A DNA stretch of 61,339 nucleotides, counting the filler. It is 5 parts of 5 records of this genome, joined end to end, with 100 filler letters (N's around TTAATTAATTAA, not from the genome) between each part and the next. Parts side by side here need not be neighbours in the genome. Positions count along the whole stretch, not along the records: positions 1 to 13,039 come from SRR20825006_509; 4 more parts are not named here. One strand, 5' to 3'. The notes under the pieces are model-generated. The model had not been told where the DNA came from. It did no database searches and worked only from the letters and a program-made list of their open reading frames with translations. Position numbers and translations under genes: made by a program. Shown here in pieces: positions 1-9,628 of the stretch (within the stretch, counting starts at the first letter, position 1; each line of letters starts with the position of its first letter).

Positions 1-956
1 CCCACTTGGCAGGAGGCCCTCAACTGCCTCACTCCAGCATTGAGGCGCTACATCAAGCCTGCGGGGCGTTGCGCAAGTGGCGTGAAGAAAATGCCCTGAT
101 CATGCCCGAGCAAGCAGATTTTCACTATGACTTGGACGAGCAGGGCCGCATCACCGCCATCGTCCGCCAGGATCGCAATGACGCCCACCGCTTGGTAGAA
201 GAATGCATGCTCGCCGCCAACCGCAGCGCCGCATTATGGCTGCGCGAAAAGCGCGGCACCGACCGTGCGTTATACAATGGTCACGCCGGATTCAGAGAAG
301 AACGCCTCGAGAGTATCGGCAAGCTGGTCGACCACGCCCTGCCAGAATATAGCGACGCGCCGGTTCAGGAACTCGACGGCTACCGGCGCGTATTGAGCGC
401 CGCGTCTAAGGCAGATAGCCCACTGCCGCTGCGCAGTATTATGGCTCGCATGCTTCAGCCGGGGGAGCTCAGCGCCGAACCACGCCCACATTTTGGCCTG
501 GGCTTCGATTGCTACAGCACCTTCACCTCGCCGCTGCGTAAATACAACGACTTGGTTGTACAGCGCTGCATTCGCGCCTGCCTGGACAACACCAGCGGCG
601 GCGACTTGAGCGACGATGCCATTGCTCAACTGCAAGAAAAGCTGCGCAATGTGCGCCAAGCCAGCCGGCAAATGGAACAATGGCTACAGTACCAGTATCT
701 GGCCAAACAGCCCTCGGAGCAGACCTACGCGGGCCACATTGCCCACCTCAATGGCGGCGGCTTTACCGTCGAGCTCCACGATAGCGGTATCAGCGGCTTC
801 GTTGAGGCTCGATCGATTCCGGAAAAGCTCAGTTTCGACGCCGACACCCTGCGCCTTTATAACGATCAGCAAAACTATCAACTGGAACAGGCAGTTACGG
901 TGAAAGTGGCCGAGATCGACCCCTTCCAGCGCAAGTTACTGTTCACACTCGCCTGA
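1..956 (+). CDS. RNB-domain 3'-5' exoribonuclease (RNase II/R family), 5'-truncated
   Basis: AHRLVEECMLAAN and HFGLG..YSTFTSPLRKYNDL RNB motifs; C-terminal S1-like domain; the frame runs to the window edge. Confidence 0.9.
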   Translation, partial: HLAGGPQLPHSSIEALHQACGALRKWREENALIMPEQADFHYDLDEQGRITAIVRQDRNDAHRLVEECMLAANRSAALWLREKRGTDRALYNGHAGFREERLESIGKLVDHALPEYSDAPVQELDGYRRVLSAASKADSPLPLRSIMARMLQPGELSAEPRPHFGLGFDCYSTFTSPLRKYNDLVVQRCIRACLDNTSGGDLSDDAIAQLQEKLRNVRQASRQMEQWLQYQYLAKQPSEQTYAGHIAHLNGGGFTVELHDSGISGFVEARSIPEKLSFDADTLRLYNDQQNYQLEQAVTVKVAEIDPFQRKLLFTLA

Positions 957-978
957 GCACCAGCGCGAGTGACGCCCC

Positions 979-2373
979 TTAAAACTCCGCGTGCCTCGGT
1001 ACGCGGGGGAAGGGAATCGCATCGCGGATATTGTCCATGCCGGTGATGTAATTCAACAGCCGCTCAAAACCCAGGCCGAAGCCAGCGTGAGGCACGGTAC
1101 CGTAGCGGCGCAGGTCACGATACCACTCCAACCCTTCCAACTGTTGATCCTTCATGCGTTGATCGAGAACGTCCAGGCGCTCCTCACGCTGGCTGCCGCC
1201 GATAATTTCACCAATGCCCGGTGCCAGCACATCCATGGCAGCTACCGTTCTGCCATCGTCATTCAGGCGCATGTAAAACGCTTTTATATCTTTCGGGTAG
1301 TTACTGACGATTAGCGGCCCACCCACATGTTGCTCACAAAGATAGCGCTCGTGCTCGGATTGCAGGTCTCGCCCCCATTCCACCGGGTAGTCAAAAGAGG
1401 CCTTCGCTGATGTGAGTATTTTCACCGCCTCGGTGTAATCCATGCGCGCAAACTCACGCTCAGACACCGCCTGCAAGCGCGACAGCACCGTATCGTCGAT
1501 ATACTGATTAAAGAAGGCCAAGTCGTCTTCGCAGTGCTCCAGCACCTGCTTAATCAGGTAGCGCAAAAAGTCTTCTGCCAAGGCGGCATCGTCGTCAAGG
1601 TTGGCAAAAGCGACCTCGGGCTCAACCATCCAAAACTCTGCCAGGTGCCGGCTGGTATTTGAGTTTTCCGCGCGAAAGGTCGGCCCAAAGGTATACACCT
1701 TGCTCATCGCCAGGCAGTACGCCTCGGCATTCAGCTGCCCCGATACGGTAAGAAATGCTTCCCGGCCAAAGAAGTCCTGACTGAAGTCGACAGCGCCATG
1801 GTCATCGCGAGGCAGGTTTTGCAAATCAAGCGTGCTAACACGAAACATTTCTCCGGCGCCCTCACAGTCACTGGCCGTTATCAGCGGCGTATTAATCCAC
1901 TGAAAGTCGCGCTCAAAGAAGTAGCGGTGCACCGCATTGGCCAGCACCGTGCGCACACGCGTGATCGCGCCAAAGGTATTAGTACGTGGACGCAAGTGCG
2001 CCACCCCACGCAGGTATTCAAAACTGTGACGCTTTTTGGCGATAGGGTAAGTATCGGGGTCGTCGACCCAGCCGTAGACCTCGACCTCCTCCGCCTGAAT
2101 TTCCACGCTCTGCCCCTTACCCTGAGAGGCGACTAGCGTACCGACAACGCGCAGCGAACAGCCGGCCGTTAAGCGCTGCACATCCGACTGGTAATTAGCC
2201 AACTCGCCCGGCGCCACCACCTGCAAGGCGTGCTGGGTAGAGCCGTCGTTCACCGCCAAGAAAGAGAAGCCCCCCTTGGAGTCACGACGACTGCGCAACC
2301 ATCCCTTTATCTCGACCGTTGCACCCAGCTCTACGCTACCGCTAAGTAGCTTTTTAACCGACGTTCCCAGCAT
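979..2373 (-). CDS. asnS: asparagine--tRNA ligase
   Basis: N-terminal OB fold; [28 protein letters not shown] and GFGLGFERL class II motifs. Confidence 0.97.
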   Translation of the reverse strand: MLGTSVKKLLSGSVELGATVEIKGWLRSRRDSKGGFSFLAVNDGSTQHALQVVAPGELANYQSDVQRLTAGCSLRVVGTLVASQGKGQSVEIQAEEVEVYGWVDDPDTYPIAKKRHSFEYLRGVAHLRPRTNTFGAITRVRTVLANAVHRYFFERDFQWINTPLITASDCEGAGEMFRVSTLDLQNLPRDDHGAVDFSQDFFGREAFLTVSGQLNAEAYCLAMSKVYTFGPTFRAENSNTSRHLAEFWMVEPEVAFANLDDDAALAEDFLRYLIKQVLEHCEDDLAFFNQYIDDTVLSRLQAVSEREFARMDYTEAVKILTSAKASFDYPVEWGRDLQSEHERYLCEQHVGGPLIVSNYPKDIKAFYMRLNDDGRTVAAMDVLAPGIGEIIGGSQREERLDVLDQRMKDQQLEGLEWYRDLRRYGTVPHAGFGLGFERLLNYITGMDNIRDAIPFPRVPRHAEF

Positions 2374-2505
2374 ATCCCTCCCCTGAACGCGTCATAACCG
2401 CGCAATTTCTCAAGCAATAAAGCAAATAGTTGGCTATTGTGCATCAACCATCTTTTTCCTGTAAGACGTAACAGCTAAAGTTGCCCCCTTGGCAGGAAAG
2501 ACCCT

Positions 2506-3240
2506 ATGCAGATCGAAAATTTTGTCGCCCACCGTGGCTGGCGACGGCACTTCCCAGAAAACACCTTGCTGGCACTGCGCGAAGCGGCTCGCGTGGGCGC
2601 GGTTAAGCTCGAGCTAGATGTGCAGCTCAGTGCTGACGGGACACCGTTTATCTTCCACGACCCAGCGTTAACACGTTTGTGCCAACAACCCGGCATGATC
2701 TGGGACTATACGGCGGCCGAACTTGCAACGATGTCAGCCTACGAGCCCGAGCGCTTTGGAGACCAGTTCAGAGGCACGCCGCTCAGCCCCCTACAGGCGG
2801 TGACCGATTTACTCGACGACTACCTGTCGGTAGATATTTATGTCGAGCTGAAAGGGGAAAGTCTCGCCCAGTTTGGCGCAAACGCCATGGTCAGCGCGGT
2901 CACGCAAGCCCTGCAGGGCTACCAACACCGCTGCGTGCTCATCAGCTTTGAGCTCGACGCCCTGCTGGTTGCCAAGAACAACGGTTGGCAGCGGTGCGGC
3001 GCGGTTTTCGACTACTGGCCGGACTGGCAGCTGGCGTCGCTGGCTGAATTGACGCCTGAAATTGTGTTTATGGACCGCAACTGCGTCCCCGTAGAGACCG
3101 ATCTGCGCGCCCTGCCGCTACCGCTGCTGATCTATGAGGTAGGCAGCGCCCTGGAGGCCCGCGACTGGTTCGAACGCGGAGCCGCCGGAATAGAAAGTTT
3201 TAATATTGGCGAAGTATTACAGGAGCTCCACCTTGTCTAA
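2506..3240 (+). CDS. glycerophosphodiester phosphodiesterase family protein
   Basis: VAHRG..PENTL, ELDVQLSADG..HD, VELK motifs. Confidence 0.9.
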   Translation: MQIENFVAHRGWRRHFPENTLLALREAARVGAVKLELDVQLSADGTPFIFHDPALTRLCQQPGMIWDYTAAELATMSAYEPERFGDQFRGTPLSPLQAVTDLLDDYLSVDIYVELKGESLAQFGANAMVSAVTQALQGYQHRCVLISFELDALLVAKNNGWQRCGAVFDYWPDWQLASLAELTPEIVFMDRNCVPVETDLRALPLPLLIYEVGSALEARDWFERGAAGIESFNIGEVLQELHLV

Positions 3241-4411
3241 CGATATCCACACCGAAGTTGCCATCATTGGCGGCGGCGTTCAGGGCGCAGGCATTGCCCA
3301 AGCCGCAGCGGCGGCGGGCTACGACAGCTGTATTTTCGAGCGCGCAACCTGGGCGGCAGGCACCTCTCAGCGCTCAAGCAAATTAATTCATGGCGGTCTG
3401 CGCTATCTGGAAACGGCGCAATTCTCCCTGGTGTTCCACAGCCTGCGCGAGCGCGCTCAGCTGCTGCGCAACGCGCCAGAGCTTGTTCGCCCGGTACCCT
3501 TTTATATTCCCATTTATAAAAATACCTCGCGCCGCCCCTGGCAAATTCGCGCCGGCTTAACGCTCTACTACTTGTTGAGTGGCGGCGGCCCACTGGGGCA
3601 TTTCCGTAAACTGAAGAAAGAAGAGTGGCACAACCTTGATGGTCTGGATACCAATGGCCTGCAGGCGGTATTCCAATACTGGGACGGTCAAACCGACGAC
3701 CGGCTGCTAACCGAGGCTGTTGTCGACTCCGCCGCGCAACTGGGCGCGCAAACTTTCACGGGCTGGGAGCTGTTAGAAGCCAAAAAGAACGAAGATGGCT
3801 ATTCGCTGACCTTCAACACGGCTGACGGTGAGCGCCGCTGCCATTGCAAAAGCCTGGTGAATGCCACCGGCCCTTGGGTAAATCAAACGTCGCAGCGCAT
3901 CGAAAACGCAGCGATGACCGAGGAGATCGAACTTGTGCGCGGCAGCCATATTGTGGTCGATAAACGCCTCGGGCGCGGCGTCTACTACATGGAGGCTCCC
4001 AGCGACCGGCGCGCCGTTTTTGCCATGCCCTGGGGCGAGCATACACTGGTTGGCACCACCGAGATCATTCACCGCGATGGCCCAGATAATATCGCGCCAA
4101 GCAACGATGAAATCACCTACCTTCAAGATACGCTCAGCCACTTTTTCCCGGGTGAGAAACCCGCGCTTATCGACGCATGGGCAGGGCTGCGCGTTCTACC
4201 GCGCTCGGACGACAGTGCCAACAAACGCCTGCGCGACACATTCCTAATGTGTGACGACGAAAATAGCCCGAAAATTCTGTCGGTATACGGCGGCAAGCTC
4301 ACCGCCTATCGTCACACGGCAGAGCGAGTGCTCGGGCTGCTGAGCAAACGCTTAGGCCCCCGGACACCGCGAGCAGACACCCGGCGCACGCCCCTCGCTC
4401 CCCGGCAGTAA
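3233..4411 (+). CDS. FAD-dependent glycerol-3-phosphate dehydrogenase/oxidase
   Basis: IIGGGVQG, GTSQRSSKLIHGGLRYL, GGKLTAYR; TTG start at 3233 after AGGAG, overlapping the upstream stop. Confidence 0.88.
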   Translation: MSNDIHTEVAIIGGGVQGAGIAQAAAAAGYDSCIFERATWAAGTSQRSSKLIHGGLRYLETAQFSLVFHSLRERAQLLRNAPELVRPVPFYIPIYKNTSRRPWQIRAGLTLYYLLSGGGPLGHFRKLKKEEWHNLDGLDTNGLQAVFQYWDGQTDDRLLTEAVVDSAAQLGAQTFTGWELLEAKKNEDGYSLTFNTADGERRCHCKSLVNATGPWVNQTSQRIENAAMTEEIELVRGSHIVVDKRLGRGVYYMEAPSDRRAVFAMPWGEHTLVGTTEIIHRDGPDNIAPSNDEITYLQDTLSHFFPGEKPALIDAWAGLRVLPRSDDSANKRLRDTFLMCDDENSPKILSVYGGKLTAYRHTAERVLGLLSKRLGPRTPRADTRRTPLAPRQ

Positions 4412-4420
4412 ATTGCTTAC

Positions 4421-4450
4421 ATGGGAAGCGGCGACCCCGCCGTTTCCCAT
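4421..4450 (+). terminator. GC-rich hairpin after the G3P dehydrogenase gene
   Basis: ATGGGAAGCGGCG/CGCCGTTTCCCAT inverted repeat 10 nt after the stop; no strong U tract. Confidence 0.55.
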
Positions 4451-4645
4451 CTATTACAGCAATTTAACCCCCGCGACATGATGGCAGGGGCTTAAACAAA
4501 TGATGAACTTTTGCTTAGAATTCATTTAACACACTGATTTTATTATAATTATCTAGCATTCATAAGCTTAATTTTCGCCACCTTAGGCCACACACACGAC
4601 GCCGACTCCCCTCCTCCCTGTAACCCCTGTTAAGCCGCTTTCTCC

Positions 4646-4652
4646 CTATACT
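4646..4652 (+). promoter_or_regulatory. -10 element (CTATACT, RpoS/sigma70-like) for the small-peptide pair
   Basis: CTATACT ~35 nt upstream of ATG 4688; IHF-like site (AATCAGTGTGTTA on minus) at 4527-4539. Confidence 0.45.
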
Positions 4653-4687
4653 GACCCTGTCATCAAGACATTCACAGGAGAAACAAC

Positions 4688-4810
4688 ATGGCTCATACAT
4701 TGACTATCAACGAGATCAACAAAGCAGAAGTGGTAACGGATATCGCAGCCCGTCTTGCACTGGCCAGCATCATTGCCGCCGGCTTTATTGCCAGCATCGT
4801 TGCACTGTAA
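4688..4810 (+). CDS. small membrane peptide, 40 aa (paralog 1): MAHTLTINEINKAEVVTDIAARLALASIIAAGFIASIVAL
   Basis: Hand-translated; CAGGAG RBS; hydrophobic C-terminal half; 18/39 identity to the next ORF; absent from the ORF track. Confidence 0.8.
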   Translation: MAHTLTINEINKAEVVTDIAARLALASIIAAGFIASIVAL

Positions 4811-4843
4811 AAACCACAGCAGCAAAACCGAGAGGATCACACT

Positions 4844-4963
4844 ATGAAAGCGATCACTGCAACTGAAATGAACAATGCAGAAATTTATGCTGACATCACT
4901 GCTCGCGTGAGCTTTATCAGCATTGTCGCAGCGGGGCTTATTGCCTGTTTAATCGCGCTGTAA
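4844..4963 (+). CDS. small membrane peptide, 39 aa (paralog 2): MKAITATEMNNAEIYADITARVSFISIVAAGLIACLIAL
   Basis: Hand-translated; GAGAGGA RBS; ungapped paralog of 4688-4810. Confidence 0.8.
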   Translation: MKAITATEMNNAEIYADITARVSFISIVAAGLIACLIAL

Positions 4964-5150
4964 ACGCTAGCTACTGCAGGCATACCACCTCCAACGCCGG
5001 CAGCTGAGTACAAACCGTCGCCAGTCCATCATCATCGCGACGAAATGCCGCCCGCCACATCGGCGGGCAGTCAATTCCCCGCCACACTTTAACGCCCCTA
5101 CCAGAACGTAGCACCCACGCATTCTCAGGTGCCGCAGTTCGAATTGCCAA

Positions 5151-5927
5151 CTAGACCACCCCGCTCTTGTGGCGGCACAACAAGTGAACATAACGCCCCA
5201 AGGCCCAAAACGGCTCCTGAGCACCATACTGCCAGTCGATTTCAAGCATGTCGTCAACGCTGCGCTCGCGGCGTAATTGTCTGGACATTAGGTCATGGCT
5301 AATGCGAACCCCTCGGCGCGATACCACCTCAAGGCCCACCGCGGAAAGCGCCGCCTCAACATCCTGCGGCCGGCGGGGCGATGGCGGCGTTAAACCTCCG
5401 GGGTGTCCGGCAAAATCCTCGTCACGCAGTTTGTATAAATTGCCCTTAATCATATTGCCCAATACCAATGCATTGAGGTTATAGAACATCAGCGACAGGT
5501 GGCCGCCCTCTTTTATCCCTGCAGCGAGGTGGCGTAGCACTTGCTCCATATCGGCCACCCACTCCAGCACGGCATGACAGATCACCAACTGAAACTGTCC
5601 CTGAGCGGCCATACCTTGGATAGGCGCATGGGACAACGACAACTGCCCTGAGCGGCAGTATGAAGATAGACGCTCCCCTGCCAGATCGAGCATCTCCTGT
5701 GAAATATCATTGAGCTCAAGCCGGTGCCCCTGCTCGAGAAAGACCTCGGCCATTTGCCCTAATCCACCGCCGGCGTCCCAAATGCTTACCGGCTCACCAC
5801 CAAAAAGCGCTGGTAGCTTTTCCTCGAGCTCTCGGCGGCAAATTGCCAGGCGAAGTTGGCCTTTCGGATTGCCATAGATATTGCGCTGAAAGCGTTGGGC
5901 AATTCCGTCAAAGTTTCGGTCGGACAT
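5151..5927 (-). CDS. cmoM: SAM-dependent methyltransferase, CmoM/SmtA-like (tRNA cmo5U34 methyltransferase)
   Basis: MSDRNFD..F..NIYG..KGQLR N-terminus, DAGGGLG, CHAVLEW, LSLMFYN, LGRYVH; true start 5927. Confidence 0.82.
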   Translation of the reverse strand: MSDRNFDGIAQRFQRNIYGNPKGQLRLAICRRELEEKLPALFGGEPVSIWDAGGGLGQMAEVFLEQGHRLELNDISQEMLDLAGERLSSYCRSGQLSLSHAPIQGMAAQGQFQLVICHAVLEWVADMEQVLRHLAAGIKEGGHLSLMFYNLNALVLGNMIKGNLYKLRDEDFAGHPGGLTPPSPRRPQDVEAALSAVGLEVVSRRGVRISHDLMSRQLRRERSVDDMLEIDWQYGAQEPFWALGRYVHLLCRHKSGVV

Positions 5928-6012
5928 TGGGCTAGCGTCAATGCAGAAAATGAGGCGGGCAGTGTAGAAGGTGATCGCCGCGACGGCAATTAAGGAGTAA
6001 ACGCCAGAAACC

Positions 6013-6096
6013 AAAAAGCCGGCGCAAGCGCCGGCTTTCTGAAAATTCGACTTCCACTGTCGCATCCAATCCGTTGAATGCCTTAGTCTTCCTGAC
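6013..6096 (-). ncRNA. Rsm/Csr-type (RsmY/RsmX-like) CsrA-sequestering sRNA, ~84 nt
   Basis: Three stem-loops with GGA in the loop (GUC-AGGAA-GAC; GCAUUCAA-CGGA-UUGGAUGC; CGAC-AGUGGAA-GUCG), then terminator AAAGCCGGCGC-UU-GCGCCGGCUUUUU; upstream -10 and GacA box. Confidence 0.8.
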
Positions 6097-6153
6097 GACT
6101 GCTATTAGAGCAGGCTCGACGTTGGGCCAACAGGCGTTATCACCAGCCCGTGT

Positions 6154-6171
6154 TGTGAGATATATCTCACA
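6154..6171. promoter_or_regulatory. GacA/UvrY-type upstream activating sequence
   Basis: Perfect palindrome TGTGAG-ATATAT-CTCACA resembling TGTAAG-N6-CTTACA; at -75..-58 of the predicted sRNA start; extended -10 TGcTCTAAT at 6112-6104. Confidence 0.75.
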
Positions 6172-6175
6172 AACA

Positions 6176-6376
6176 CTAGGCGTCAATGTCGGGAATCATC
6201 TCGCTGTGCAGGCGTTCGATCGTGTCTTTAATACGTAGTTTTTCTTTTTTTAGGCGCTGCAATAGCAACTGATTTTGCCAAGGGTTCGACGCCAACAACG
6301 AAATTTCTTCGTCTAAGGCGCGATGCCGGCGCTTGAGCAGCAATAGACGCGCACCTGCAGAAAGGCAATTATCCAT
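6176..6376 (-). CDS. YdcH/DUF465 family coiled-coil protein
   Basis: HRALDEEI...LQRLKKEKLRIKD..I...PDIDA signature. Confidence 0.8.
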   Translation of the reverse strand: MDNCLSAGARLLLLKRRHRALDEEISLLASNPWQNQLLLQRLKKEKLRIKDTIERLHSEMIPDIDA

Positions 6377-6590
6377 AGTACGGTCATTTTCCAGGGTTGG
6401 ATCGAAGCCCTTATTGTTACCCCCCCGGCCATGCGAAAACAAGCGCCATCAGGATAAGCCACTGATCTTTTTCGTCACTGGGCAATGATAACTTACGCCA
6501 TTGTTGCCCCCCACGGCCTTGGCAATACTGTAGCGCGTATTCATCGAACGGCACGCCAGCGGGTGTTGCCCTGATTCAGAGGCTTAGGTA

Positions 6591-7718
6591 ATGCAAACCG
6601 AACTATGTAAAAAACTGGGTATCGAGTACCCAATCTTCGCATTCACTCACTGCCGTGACGTCGTGGTGGCCGTAAGTAAAGCTGGCGGTATCGGCGTACT
6701 CGGCGCGGTTGGCTTTTCGCCCGAAGAACTAAAAGAAGAACTTGATTGGATCGACGCCCACATTGGTGACCTGCCCTACGGCGTGGACATCGTTATTCCG
6801 CAAAAATATGAAGGCATGGGCGATATGAGCCCCGAAGAGCTGGAAAAGCAGCTCTGGGATATGGTGCCCGAGGAACACGTGGAGTTCGCACAGAAGCTGT
6901 TGGCCGACCACGGCGTTCCCGAGTGGCCAGACGGTAGCAAGGGTATGGGCCTGCTTGGCTGGACAGAAGCCACAGCCACTCCGCTGCTCAAAGAAGCCCT
7001 CACACGCCCCAAGTGTAAACTGATCGCGAACGCCCTCGGCACACCACCGGCTGACAAGGTCAAAATGATTCAAGACAGCGGCCGCCTGGTTGGCGCACTG
7101 TGCGGCAAAGTTAAGCAGGTAAAAGCTCACCGAGAAGCGGGTCTGGACTTTATCGTTGCCCAGGGCGGCGAAGGTGGCGGCCACACTGGTGATGTTGGCT
7201 CTATCGTATTCTGGCCACAGGCCGTAAAAGCGGCGGGCGACATTCCCGTACTGGCTGCTGGCGGCATTGGTAGCGGCGAACAAATGCTGGCGGCGATGGC
7301 AATGGGCTGCGCTGGTGCATGGAGCGGCTCACTGTGGCTGACCGTTGAAGAGGCGCATGCCGAACCTGCACAGAAAGAGTCATTGCTAAAAGCAACCAGT
7401 GAAGACACTGTGCGCTCACGCTCCTGGACCGGAAAGCCCTGCCGAATGCTCAAGAATGATTGGACCGATGCGTGGTCGACCCCCGGCAACCCTGAGCCGC
7501 TGGGCATGCCGCTGCAAGGCTTGGTTACCGGCGACGGCATTCGTCGCACCGCCAAATATGCCGCAGTCGGCGAATGTCAAAAAGTTGCCTTCAACCCGGT
7601 AGGACAGGTCGTCGGACAAATCAACGAGGTCGAGTCCACCCGCAATGTGGTGTTCCGCCTGATCAACGAGTACGTCGACGCGCTGGATCGAATCAATAGC
7701 TTGATGCCAGACGCGTAA
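6591..7718 (+). CDS. nitronate monooxygenase / 2-nitropropane dioxygenase family FMN enzyme
   Basis: AVSKAGGIGVLG, QGGEGGGH, VLAAGGIGSG motifs. Confidence 0.88.
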   Translation: MQTELCKKLGIEYPIFAFTHCRDVVVAVSKAGGIGVLGAVGFSPEELKEELDWIDAHIGDLPYGVDIVIPQKYEGMGDMSPEELEKQLWDMVPEEHVEFAQKLLADHGVPEWPDGSKGMGLLGWTEATATPLLKEALTRPKCKLIANALGTPPADKVKMIQDSGRLVGALCGKVKQVKAHREAGLDFIVAQGGEGGGHTGDVGSIVFWPQAVKAAGDIPVLAAGGIGSGEQMLAAMAMGCAGAWSGSLWLTVEEAHAEPAQKESLLKATSEDTVRSRSWTGKPCRMLKNDWTDAWSTPGNPEPLGMPLQGLVTGDGIRRTAKYAAVGECQKVAFNPVGQVVGQINEVESTRNVVFRLINEYVDALDRINSLMPDA

Positions 7719-7730
7719 AAGCCCCGAAAC

Positions 7731-7756
7731 AACGGCGCCTTCAAGGCGCCGTTTTT
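7731..7756. terminator. intrinsic terminator between convergent genes
   Basis: AACGGCGCCTT-C-AAGGCGCCGTT followed by a T run. Confidence 0.75.
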
Positions 7757-8381
7757 ACTCCCGTTTTACGCCCTGCTCTGCCAACACCCTTTCCACCGTG
7801 TCGACAATAACCTGGGTCTGACGATCCACCTCGATATTCACTTCGCTGCCCACCACCAGTGCACTTAAATTAGTACTGCGAAGCGTTTCCGGGATCAAAC
7901 AGACGGAAAAAATACCGCGTTCTTTATCCATACTCGCCACGGTCAGGCTGCAACCGTGCAAGCCAATAAAGCCCTTGTGGAACACATATTTACACAAGGC
8001 CTCGGGCAACTGGAAAAACAAACTCACATTGTTTTCAGAACGCTGCACCTCACAGACTTTGGCCCGCCCATCAATATGGCCGGAAATCAGATGACCGCCG
8101 ATTTCCGCCCCCTGCTTAGCGGAACGCTCAACATTGACGCTGTCACCCATTTTTAGCTGCCCCAGCGTGGTGAGCGACAGCGTTTCCTGCATCGCGTCAA
8201 AGTGCACTGTCGGCCCATCGATGCGAGTGACCGTCATACATACGCCATCTAGCGCAACACTGGCACCAATGCTCAGATCATCTTGCAGAGACTCGGGCAG
8301 ATCCACGGCCAGGCGTCGCAAACCCGGCTCATCGATCAAACCACACAGGGGGAAGGCGCCCTGAACAATGCCTGTATACAT
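7755..8381 (-). CDS. ribC: riboflavin synthase (alpha chain)
   Basis: MYTGIV N-terminus, GASVALDGVCMTV, GGHLISGHIDG, IPETL repeat. Confidence 0.93.
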   Translation of the reverse strand: MYTGIVQGAFPLCGLIDEPGLRRLAVDLPESLQDDLSIGASVALDGVCMTVTRIDGPTVHFDAMQETLSLTTLGQLKMGDSVNVERSAKQGAEIGGHLISGHIDGRAKVCEVQRSENNVSLFFQLPEALCKYVFHKGFIGLHGCSLTVASMDKERGIFSVCLIPETLRSTNLSALVVGSEVNIEVDRQTQVIVDTVERVLAEQGVKRE

Positions 8382-8477
8382 CCATCAACTCCTGGCTAGT
8401 GATTGCAGCAATACTACGAATATCGCATTATGCGTGGCCAACAATTATCCGCAAAGTAATAACAACAAGAGGTGCCT

Positions 8478-8750
8478 ATGGGACTCCGTATAATGAACAT
8501 TGCTACACTGGTATTTTGGCTGGCTTTCGTGATCAACTTTTTCCAACCCTTAGCTGGCGACAGCAGCCACTGGATCAATTGGGTCGGCTACGGCCTTTTA
8601 GCCGCTCACTTCTGTGAATGCCTCATCTTCCGCAAAGAGTTGCACCGCGATTACGCCAACAACCTGGCGCTGGGTTACATCACCGTGCTGCTACTTGGCC
8701 TAGGCCGAACGTCGGCGTGGCTGAATGAGCGTAAATCTACCGCAGTCTAA
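8478..8750 (+). CDS. small membrane protein (DUF1145-like)
   Basis: AGAGG RBS before ATG 8478; hydrophobic helices with an AHFCE motif. Confidence 0.6.
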   Translation: MGLRIMNIATLVFWLAFVINFFQPLAGDSSHWINWVGYGLLAAHFCECLIFRKELHRDYANNLALGYITVLLLGLGRTSAWLNERKSTAV

Positions 8751-8825
8751 GTCATCAGCCATAGCCCACAACCCGCGGAACTGCTAGCATTATCCACTTC
8801 GAACAATGTGCAATAGGGCGAGTCA

Positions 8826-9620
8826 ATGAAGCGGGTTATCTTTAACCAAAAAGGTGGCGTGGGCAAAACAAGTATCAGCTGCAACCTGGCAGCTATCAGC
8901 GCCTGGAAAGGCTTTAAAACCCTGCTGATCGACTTGGACATCCAAGGCAACAGCAGCGAGTACCTCGTCGGTGAACAGTTTCGCGACCTCGACGACAATG
9001 CCGCCAGCTTTTTTAAGCAAAAGCTGGCTCTTTTTGGCAAGAGCAAAGACGCGGGAGACTGCGTATACGAAACCGAATTCGACAATCTCTACTTGATGCC
9101 GTCAAGCCCCGAGTTAGCAGTGATCGAGCGCGAACTCGAGAGCCGACACAAAATCTACAAACTCCGCGATGCCCTGCGCGAGCTGGAAAAAGAATATGAG
9201 CATATCTATATCGATACGCCACCCGCATTGAATTTTTACAGCCGCTCAGCCCTGATTGCCGCCGACAGCCTGGTCATCCCCTTTGACTGCGATAGCTTTT
9301 CGCAGGGCGCACTGATGGGCTTACTGGAAACCGTGGAAGAGATTCGCGAAGACCACAACCCCGGGTTGCATTTAGAAGGTATTGTGGTCAATCAGTTTCA
9401 GGCCCAGGCGAGCTTGCCCGCCCAGTTGGTAGACAGCCTGCGTGCTAACGAGCTGCCCGTTTTCGAACAATATCTGAGCAGCTCTGTAAAAATGAAGGAA
9501 TCGCGCAACCGACAATTGCCGCTTGTGCACCTTGCCCCCTCCCACAAACTCACGCAGCAGTTGATTGCACTGCACGACAGCTTGAGCGACAGCGGCAGCA
9601 AGGCCGCACGCCGGGCATAG
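8826..9620 (+). CDS. ParA/Soj family ATPase (no adjacent parB)
   Basis: NQKGGVGKT deviant Walker A, DLDIQGN, IDTPP. Confidence 0.9.
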   Translation: MKRVIFNQKGGVGKTSISCNLAAISAWKGFKTLLIDLDIQGNSSEYLVGEQFRDLDDNAASFFKQKLALFGKSKDAGDCVYETEFDNLYLMPSSPELAVIERELESRHKIYKLRDALRELEKEYEHIYIDTPPALNFYSRSALIAADSLVIPFDCDSFSQGALMGLLETVEEIREDHNPGLHLEGIVVNQFQAQASLPAQLVDSLRANELPVFEQYLSSSVKMKESRNRQLPLVHLAPSHKLTQQLIALHDSLSDSGSKAARRA

Positions 9621-9628
9621 TACTGCGA

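Noticed and set aside
4646-4840. Minus-strand 64-aa ORF from the track
   Set aside because: Shadow of the plus-strand peptide genes, which have RBSs and paralogy.
6154-6171. CRP site or ydcH terminator
   Set aside because: TGTGA/TCACA spacing is 8 rather than 6 and there is no U tract; spacing and context fit a GacA/UvrY box.
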